Part shown: positions 17,097-24,800 of the stretch, in pieces
Position numbering within the stretch: the first letter of the stretch is position 1
Layout of the letters: each line of letters opens with the position of its first letter
NCBI GenBank assembly: GCA_029883265.1
Contig: JAOUJM010000001.1
Span: 10,511-74,510 of the forward strand
Direction: 5' to 3'
DNA: 64,000 bases
Source: Gammaproteobacteria bacterium
Lineage (GTDB): Bacteria; Pseudomonadota; Gammaproteobacteria; S012-40
The notes under the pieces: generated by a model
Told to the model about the DNA's origin: nothing
Seen by the model: only the letters and a program-made list of their open reading frames with translations
Databases searched by the model: none
Translations under genes and position numbers: made by a program

Positions 17097-17563
17097 CAGT
17101 CTACCCTAATATTATCTGTAGAGTTGAATATGCTGCGCTGCCCAGCACTATTCAAGATCAAACTTTGACTTTGTTGCTGCCTAAATATATCCAATACCAT
17201 ACGATCCCCGGGCCAGCCTGATGCATCTAGTTTAATGTCTGTCGTTCCGGGATGAGTATGACCAGACCACTTATAGCCTTTATCAGCCAAACCTTGTAAT
17301 TCAGATTTGGTTAATGGAACACCTCCAGCATTCCCTCTAAACACTAGGCGTTGACTACCATTAGTAAACAAAGCAAACTCATCACCTGTCTTTGCCGTAA
17401 GCGCTGCCAGATCAGTCACGCTTATTTGCTTCTTATGAAGAGTTGTACTTGATAATGTATCTGGTAATTGACCCAAAACCCGTTGTTGACGCTTTGACAA
17501 ATCGCCAAAGCCCCAAGCTATTTCGCTAGGAGAACTAGCTGAAATCGTCTTGTTTGGAACTAC
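17096..17563 (-). CDS. Orphan toxin C-terminal domain O (begins VVPNKTISASSPSEIAWGFGDLSKRQQRVLGQLPDT...)
   Basis: Track ORF 17096..17500 extends in frame to the junction at 17563. The TAG stop of immunity P overlaps the junction (GTAG). Confidence 0.55.
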   Translation of the reverse strand, partial: VVPNKTISASSPSEIAWGFGDLSKRQQRVLGQLPDTLSSTTLHKKQISVTDLAALTAKTGDEFALFTNGSQRLVFRGNAGGVPLTKSELQGLADKGYKWSGHTHPGTTDIKLDASGWPGDRMVLDIFRQQQSQSLILNSAGQRSIFNSTDNIRVD

Positions 17564-17853
17564 ATACTAAATCCGCTTTTCCAATCACTTTTAGTAGTAG
17601 GATCCGACCTCATTTCTTCTAAGAAGAACTCACACGCTGAGCTTTCATCCTCAAAACACTCTTTGCCAGTCTGCAATCCTCTCTCACTATAATAAACACA
17701 CCACCGGCCATTTTCACAACGCAAGCACAACGCCTCGTCCTTTTGTTCCTCCTCCAATGAGTAAGAGCTAGGATTAAATTTCTCCTCACTCAACTTTCTT
17801 TGAAGATCATCTTTATTCATGCAATATCCCTCATCATTTTGTAACGCGCTCAA
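17560..17853 (-). CDS. Putative immunity protein for toxin P
   Basis: 97-aa Cys-rich ORF that overlaps the toxin P 3' end. Confidence 0.45.
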   Translation of the reverse strand: MSALQNDEGYCMNKDDLQRKLSEEKFNPSSYSLEEEQKDEALCLRCENGRWCVYYSERGLQTGKECFEDESSACEFFLEEMRSDPTTKSDWKSGFSM

Positions 17854-18732
17854 GATATTGGTTTGCTGGATTCAAGAGCTCCTTTACTGATTTTGGCAAC
17901 TCGTATTGGGTACCATATCCAGGCATATCAAAAGCAGGTGCAGCTGGGCCAATGCGTGTATCCGGAATTTCTTGGAGAACGCGATACACATTCAAGTTAC
18001 TCACATCTGTGCCGGGACGAAGGGATAATGTTTCTGGAGTTGTTCCTAAGGGGCTTGCGAATGTACCGCGTTCATTCCCGAGACGGCCTATTAGCTGTCC
18101 AGGTTGCAATGAGCCAATCTCATCAGCACCATAAACAAAACCTTTATTCTTCGGCCAATCCCAGAACACATTTTCTGCACCATACTTGCTGGTCAAATAT
18201 TCATTCCATTGAGCGCCTGAAACTGCTCCAGTCTTGTTTGGAACACGATCACCGCCTTTATATTTTAATATACCGCCAGCAATAAAACCATATGTTAAAC
18301 CACCCAATAGCTCTGGATTCTCCCTGTTCTGCCACAAGTTCCTCAGACTTTGGACCTTTCTATCTGAAAATTCGGTACTAGTAGGAAAACCCAGCTTATC
18401 TAACTTAAAGAAACTATTAAAATTTAAAGAGAGGTCATTAAACTCTTCCCAGATATTTTTTCCTATATCTAGCAAAACCTCTAAAGTCTCATTTGTCAAT
18501 CTGTCACCAAGATCTTTATGAGCATTTAGGGTTCCTTTACTGAATCTCAATGCGTAATCACCCACATCTCCGTTTTGTTTCTGCTGGTTACTCCGGCCCA
18601 AAACAACCCCATTAATCTGATCAAGTTGCTGCATTGCCTCTTCTAAATTTTGTTGACTCTCAGAAACCTCTCCAACCCCCTCCTCCTTACTATGTCCCGC
18701 CAACGTCAATGGTAAATCCACTTCCTGGCCAT
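17834..18732 (-). CDS. Module P: displaced original C-terminus of the giant rhs gene (EVDLPLTLAGHSKEEG…KYKGGDR-VPNKT-GAVSGAQWNEY…LERVTK)
   Basis: Track ORF 17834..18817. The first 28 codons are IS66-encoded (18817-18733). Immediately outside the IS left end the frame continues from the TSD (HGQ) into rhs-like sequence. That sequence joins seamlessly to …TYNGYGQ of the giant ORF once the IS66 element and one TSD copy are removed. Confidence 0.65.
18725..18732 (+). repeat. 8-bp target-site duplication CTGGCCAT (left copy) of IS66 element 2
   Basis: Identical octamer at 22840-22847, directly outside the other end. IS66-family elements make 8-bp TSDs. Confidence 0.85.
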
Positions 18733-18755
18733 GTAAGCGTCCTAAACTCCGCACC
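18733..18755 (+). repeat. IS66 left terminal inverted repeat (copy 2)
   Basis: GTAAGCGTCCTAAACTCCGCACC. The canonical IS66-family end starts GTAAGCG. Confidence 0.75.
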
Positions 18756-18816
18756 TTCCCAGTCAGTTTAAGATCCGTTAGCCTGCTGCTGTGTAAATTA
18801 CCAACAGGAGCAGGCA

Positions 18817-19173
18817 ATGAACGATCTCACTCAACCGTCCATCAAAAACATTCGCACGGATAAACGCAGCAAAGGCCCTGAGTATTGGCAGGCGCATATG
18901 GATGCGTTAAAGCAAAGTGGTATGACTAAAACCGGTTATTGCATGCATCACGGACTTTCTACGGCGACGTTTTTTAAGTGGGAGAAGAAACTGGCCAAGG
19001 CCTCGGCTTTGTTTGTTCCGGCTAAGTTGGAGACAGTGCCGGTGTATCCAGCCTCATCCAATGATCTGATTCGCATTGATCTGCCCAATGGTTGTGTGAT
19101 TTCCTTGCCAGTGTCGTGTTCACCTACTGAGGGTTTACGTTGGATCGAGACCTTGATGCGTGCTTCATGCTGA
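18817..19173 (+). CDS. tnpA: IS66-family TnpA (orf1)
   Basis: 118 aa. Paralogue of 6931..7290. Confidence 0.7.
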   Translation: MNDLTQPSIKNIRTDKRSKGPEYWQAHMDALKQSGMTKTGYCMHHGLSTATFFKWEKKLAKASALFVPAKLETVPVYPASSNDLIRIDLPNGCVISLPVSCSPTEGLRWIETLMRASC

Positions 19174-19523
19174 AGCTAGATCGTGAGATTCAGATTTACT
19201 TTGCGATTAATCCGATCAATATGTTAAAAAGCTTTGATGGGTTATCCGCTTTAGTGGTGGATGTGATCGAACAAAACCCCCTATCGGGGCATTTGTTTGT
19301 GTTTCGTAATCGAGCCACTGATAAGATTAAATTGCTGATCTGGGATCGCAATGGTTTTACCATTTATTACAAAAGACTCGAACGTGGTCGCTTTAAGTTT
19401 CCTGAGCTAGATGACTGCACCCACTTGTCTATCACCCGCCAAGAGTTGGATTTGTTATTTGACGGGATTGATTTTACTAAGCTCAAACGATTACCCGCAC
19501 TGCATTACACATCCGTGACTTGA
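19140..19523 (+). CDS. tnpB: IS66-family TnpB (orf2); true start probably the internal MLKLDREIQIY at ~19167
   Basis: Same motifs as 7278..7634. Confidence 0.8.
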   Translation: MDRDLDACFMLKLDREIQIYFAINPINMLKSFDGLSALVVDVIEQNPLSGHLFVFRNRATDKIKLLIWDRNGFTIYYKRLERGRFKFPELDDCTHLSITRQELDLLFDGIDFTKLKRLPALHYTSVT

Positions 19524-19553
19524 TTCTGGATTAACCTGCATTACAATAGCGCC

Positions 19554-21044
19554 ATGCAGGCAAAGTCTCAAACACGCTATTCTTATTCTGAACTCGAAGC
19601 ACTTGTGGTTGAACTTCAAAAAGAAGTGAACCTGCTTCGAGAGAAAAACCGGTTGTTGTTGCATCGACAGTTTGCTGCTAAATCCGAACAGATGACGGAC
19701 GATCAGTTGTCTTTATTTAATGATGATTCGGTAACAGCAGAATCAACTCCTACAAAAATGAAGAACGATAACATCGTCGTACTCGCCTATCATCGCAAAA
19801 AACGGCAACGACTGACGTTTTCTGATGACCTACCTAAACGTAGAGTTGAGATTGATCTGGATGAACACGACAAGACCTGTGATTGTTGCAATACTCAACT
19901 CACGCAAATCGGTGAAGACATTACTCGAAAGATTGAATTTATCCCAGCGAAAGTCCAAGTCGTCGAATACGCTCGATTAAAATATGCGTGTAAATCCTGT
20001 GAAGACACCATTAAACGCCCACCCTTACCGAACTTTATCTTACCAAAAAGTTTCGCCACACCAAGTTTACTCGCGCATTTGATTGTGAGTAAGTTTGGTG
20101 ATGGCTTACCGTTGTATCGCATTCAACAACAACTAGCGCGACAAGGCGTGCATTTACCGCGTTCGACTATGAGCACCTTATTACTCAAAGCAGCTGATTT
20201 GCTCGTACCAATTTATAAATTAATGATCAAGCAAGTATTGTCCGGCCCGCGTATTTGGACGGATGACACGATTCTACCCAAACAAAATGATGATCCAAAT
20301 CGAAAGAAGATTATTCAATCTCGATTATGGGTATATATCGGAGGTCCACTCAAAGATCCACCCTTGGTGATTTTCGATTACACCAGCAATCGATCTTCGA
20401 AATGGCCGAAGGACTTATTAGCCCATTACCAAGGTTATAAGCATGCTGACGGGTATGGTGGATATAAATCGTTGCATGTAACCGGTAGCATTCACTATGT
20501 GGCTTGCTGGAGTCACGCACGGCGAAAGTTTTTTGAGGCTTCACAACTGACCGAACAAAGCGGTAAAGCCAAGACCATGATCAAATACATCAAACAGCTT
20601 TATCGGATTGAAACGGCTTGTGAGAAGTATGGCAACAAAAAACGTAAACGGTTTCGACGAAGATATGCCACACCCATACTCAACACCATTAAAGCCTATG
20701 CCGAGCAACATGCGCCGCTTATTCCACCCAAAACCAGTTTGGGTAAAGCGTTTACCTATTTACTCAATCAATGGCATGGCTTAGTTCGTTATCTCGATGC
20801 CGGTCACCTAACCATCGACAATAACCTGGCAGAACAACACATCCGACCCATCGCCGTTGGAAGAAAAAGTTTTTTGTTTGTCGGCTCCGATCGCGGCGGT
20901 CGTGCGGCTGCGATTTATTATTCGCTGTTGGCGTCGTGTAACAGTTTGGGGGTGAATCCTTATGCGTATTTGGTGGCGGTGTTTGAGCGTTTGCCGGAGT
21001 GTCTAAGTGACCAGGATTTTCAGAAGCTGATGCTTAAACAATAA
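19554..21044 (+). CDS. tnpC: IS66-family transposase TnpC (orf3)
   Basis: 496 aa. Coiled-coil N-terminus, zinc-finger region and DDE core. About 88% identical to copy 1 but diverges at the extreme C-terminus. Confidence 0.85.
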   Translation: MQAKSQTRYSYSELEALVVELQKEVNLLREKNRLLLHRQFAAKSEQMTDDQLSLFNDDSVTAESTPTKMKNDNIVVLAYHRKKRQRLTFSDDLPKRRVEIDLDEHDKTCDCCNTQLTQIGEDITRKIEFIPAKVQVVEYARLKYACKSCEDTIKRPPLPNFILPKSFATPSLLAHLIVSKFGDGLPLYRIQQQLARQGVHLPRSTMSTLLLKAADLLVPIYKLMIKQVLSGPRIWTDDTILPKQNDDPNRKKIIQSRLWVYIGGPLKDPPLVIFDYTSNRSSKWPKDLLAHYQGYKHADGYGGYKSLHVTGSIHYVACWSHARRKFFEASQLTEQSGKAKTMIKYIKQLYRIETACEKYGNKKRKRFRRRYATPILNTIKAYAEQHAPLIPPKTSLGKAFTYLLNQWHGLVRYLDAGHLTIDNNLAEQHIRPIAVGRKSFLFVGSDRGGRAAAIYYSLLASCNSLGVNPYAYLVAVFERLPECLSDQDFQKLMLKQ

Positions 21045-21094
21045 GTGAAAATGTAAACCATTATTGTTCACCTATTACCACACGGCCAAACATC

Positions 21095-21823
21095 TCATTT
21101 ACGAGGTTCAGGTATCTCCACACCTCGCTGCTTTAACGCGGCTAAGAGTTTTTCATACCAAATCTGTTGACTGTCGGGAACATTTACCATTACAGCAATT
21201 TGTGCCAATCTCTCTAATTCTACAGTAGTGCCCTTTTCTAAATAAAAAAGCCCTTTATCATAACGTCCCCAGACGGCAACAACGTGATCGGCTATAGTTC
21301 CGCCTTGGTTGTCAACACCATTTAAATCGGCACCATTATCCAGTAAAAAATCAATGCGTTTCCAATTGCGTCCATTAGCTATGCGTTGTAATAATGGCAT
21401 ACCATTCCAGCAAGTGATGTTGGGGTCACCGCCATGGCGTAACAATATTTTTAGATAGTCGATGTCGTCGGCTTGTGCAGCAAGTTCCATAGCTGAAAAT
21501 TCAATATCGGTTTTGTAATTCGGATTCGCACCTAGCTGTAATAGTTTTTCCAAACCTTTTTTGGCTTTCGCAGCAATCAGCCACATTAAGGGTGAGAGGC
21601 CTTCGGATCCGACCGCATTCACATTGGCACCTGCTTTTACTAATCGATCGACTTCGGCAAAATCCTCGTCAATGGCGGCATAGATCAATTGTGAATCCAA
21701 CGGCTTTGAAAACGATTGTTTCGCGGTTAAGCCACCCAGTTTTAATTCACCACAGGCGCTACACATGAAACTCATGCCGAATAAAAGAAATAAGTATTTT
21801 CGGAGTTTTATATTTTGAATCAT
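21095..21823 (-). CDS. Ankyrin-repeat lipoprotein, the cognate immunity protein for the lipase-like toxin domain (IS66 cargo)
   Basis: 242 aa with a signal/lipobox-like N-terminus (LFGMSFMCSACG). It has at least four ankyrin repeats (GANVNAVGSEGLSPLMWL…, GANPNYK…, GGDPNIT…, GADLNGV…). An RBS AAGGTGA precedes the ATG. It lies immediately 3' of the toxin domain. Confidence 0.7.
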   Translation of the reverse strand: MIQNIKLRKYLFLLFGMSFMCSACGELKLGGLTAKQSFSKPLDSQLIYAAIDEDFAEVDRLVKAGANVNAVGSEGLSPLMWLIAAKAKKGLEKLLQLGANPNYKTDIEFSAMELAAQADDIDYLKILLRHGGDPNITCWNGMPLLQRIANGRNWKRIDFLLDNGADLNGVDNQGGTIADHVVAVWGRYDKGLFYLEKGTTVELERLAQIAVMVNVPDSQQIWYEKLLAALKQRGVEIPEPRK

Positions 21824-21846
21824 GCTTCACCTTAATTGCAGATCAA

Positions 21847-24800
21847 TTATTTAAACGCGTTGATAAAATATTGCATATCGTGCAAATCCACAGGGTCCAA
21901 ATAACTTTGCCATGGCAAGGGCTGTTTCGCTTCATTTACGGCCGGTACGGCAATACGAGTGCCTGCGGCTTCTGGCATTTGTCCGGGGCCAAAACGATGC
22001 CAGCCAATGTCCCTACCATAAGATACATCATTAAGTGCCATAACAGCCGCGAGTAAATTTTTTGGGACTGTACCCCATTGGTTGAGGACGGAGTCCACCA
22101 CTGGACTAGCCTGGAGTGTGCTCAATATTTCACCCGGCGTATAGAATGCGTAAACATTTTTCTTTAAGTGATTCCGATCCATTCCATAGCGCTCAATTGT
22201 ACCATCACTGAGTCCTGCCGCGTTAAAGGTAACCGCACTGGATTTCAACCTGCCAGCTTGTGCCGAAGCAATGCCGCCACCGAGGGAGTGACCGGTAAAG
22301 GTTAGTGGTGATGAGCCTAACGCTATTTGAAGATCAATTGCAAGATTGATCCCAAATTCATATTGGGTCGAATTGAAATCGGATCCTTGAGCAATACTTG
22401 CTACTGCATCTTTAACCGCTTCATGCCGGCCCAATTTCGTATCCGTTCCTCGATTGGCGAATATAAATTCGCTTGTGCGATAATTAAAATAGAGTGCGCC
22501 TTGGTAGCCACTCTTCTTATCTACAAAATTTTCAGGTTTCATATCCAGGACATCAATAAAATCCCTACCCATGCGGTAAATATCCTCAGTGACTTTCTTT
22601 GGTTCCTTTCCGGTGTATTCTTGATAAACATCGTCAGATACCATAGCGTTTTCATACCAATCAAGGCTTCCACTAAAGTCCAGTCTGATTGGAGCGGCAC
22701 TAGCAAGCTGCGAGTTATATAGCGTTCCGTTTTCATCAACTAGCTGTCCGTTCTTGAATGTGAGTATCGGTTTGGTTTCAACGGCATCGGATGATTGTCT
22801 ATAAGGAATTTTGCCTGGGGCAGAGTTTTGGACGCTTACCTGGCCATACCCATTATACGTTTTACCGCCATTACGAATAAGATTGCGACCTGGCTGGATT
22901 CCCCCAAATAGCGGCAACTCACCCAAAGCAGATTTCCAAGCATCCTCACCAGACACGCCTTTGCGAATAGACTTGGTGTAGTGTTTCTTAATCGCCTGTC
23001 TTTGTCGGTGGTCGTTTATTTTCAACTCATCAAGTTTGTTATCAAACTTTTTGGTCGACTGCTCAGCACTAATATATCCCGACGCAGCACTACTTAGTGC
23101 CTCAACAGCAACCGTCCGCCAGTCCGGCCGGTAGTCTTTCAGAGTCATGGAGTTAACGGCTATGCGGCCAACTCCAGTTAACGCACCACGTATCGCATCG
23201 CCTGCAACACCCGCGAAACCCCATCCATCAACTTTCCCAACGTTGCTTGGTAATGAAGATGTGACTCCACCCACTAATGCGCCAACCGCTACATTCGCGA
23301 ACAGATTTCCTGCTTGGCTATTGTATTTTTTACGCTGCTCAGTTGACTCCATGGCCATCGATAAGCCAGTCGATATAAGTGCTCGTCCCGCACCTTGTAG
23401 TGCACCCTTAACAACCCCTCCTCCTGTCTGATTCAATCCAGGTATTTGTGATATGATCGCGGCGATTGTCATTGATTTAACAATTTCTTCCTCGTCAATT
23501 TCATCGATGTAACCAACATTCTTCATGTATTTCTGTATGGCATACGAGGTCATTCCGGCAGCAATAATCGCCCCTTGCGGACCAAACACTATAAAAGCAG
23601 CAATAGATATGACAACAGAAGCAACATTCATCCAAAATATTTCAGACTTCGAGGGTTGATTCCTTGCAGGCATGCTTGGGTCCGTACTTCCAATTATCTC
23701 TCCCGGACTATAAGGTTTGAAGGTATCGGCATTGTTATGAATGTTTGTGACAACATTCGGAATGATTATGGATATTCCAGGTGTTAAATCAATATTGGTG
23801 ATATTGTTTGCGTTTGCAATCACATACCAAAGACTAGCATCTCCCCATACTTTACCTGCAATCGTTTCCAAAGTGTCACCTTGCACAACGAGGTATTCAC
23901 TGGCTGTATTCGCAGGATAGTTAGCACTAATGGCTTGATAATTTTGATCAAAGTCTGCTGAAATAACTCGATTCTTCCCTCTTTTTTCGTTATCTGCAAT
24001 CTCCTTGTTTGATAGTCGCGACTGGGCAAGTATTTGTGTATAGTCGGTTTCACCGGCACCTCGGTTGGATACTTCACCAATACCCCGTCCATTAAGATAG
24101 AAATAGCGGTTTACATCGTAATTTGTATTATCGATTTCATTACGCATAATGATTCGGCCGTCGGCATCAACCGTAAACTCAACTCGGCGCTCATATTTGG
24201 TGCCATGTAGTGGTGAGTTGGAATCATCCATTCTCATCAAGTGTCCATTTTGGTCATAATAAAGGTGAGAATACCCGTCAACAAAACCACGTGAATTTAC
24301 ATCCGACCTACCAACACTCTTTTTTGCAGAATCCCAATAGCTATAGAAATAGGAATTCCTGAAATTCTTTTGTTCCTCAATGCTCTTTACTTGATATGAG
24401 ACATTCTTTTCAGCTAGATCTAAACGATCTATTTCACGATAGGTGTAATCGTTATGAATTGTTGACTGCTCTTGCAAATATAGAAATTGATCCTCAGAAT
24501 TTTCCACTCTTTTACGATACTCAATACGAGAGATACGACTATCCAGATCATAGCTATAGTCGTATTGTTGTACAGACTGGGGTGGAATTGTGGTAACAAC
24601 AGTTTCTATATCTGGGTCATATAAATGAGAGGAGCTCGTTCGACCTAGCGCATCTAGCAAGCGCCGAGACACTAAATTTTTGTCTTCAACATTATCGACT
24701 ATTTTTCCGTGTTCAACAGTTTCTAAAATACCATTTTTTGTATATCCATATCGTTCGATCATAGTCGTATTCGCGCGAATATAGTTAACGCCAATTCGCT

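Larger units (their letters stand above)
18733..22839 (+). mobile_element. IS66-family transporter element (4,107 bp): IRL-tnpA-tnpB-tnpC plus antisense cargo (ankyrin immunity lipoprotein and lipase-like toxin CT domain)-IRR, inserted in-frame into the giant rhs gene
   Basis: IRL GTAAGCGTCCTAAACTCCGCACC at 18733. IRR GGGGCAGAGTTTTGGACGCTTAC ends at 22839 (20/23 complementary). A perfect 8-bp direct repeat CTGGCCAT flanks both ends. No IR follows tnpC. Confidence 0.8.

Noticed and set aside
1080-18250. Regularly recurring ~13-nt motif (T/C)TTGT(T/C)TGGAAC(A/T)AC about 20 times, which could be mistaken for a CRISPR-like or REP array
   Set aside because: Spacing is 0.4-1.1 kb and variable. Every copy lies in a coding frame as (V/F)VP(N/D)K at toxin-module junctions. 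It is a protein-level recombination junction, not a CRISPR repeat.
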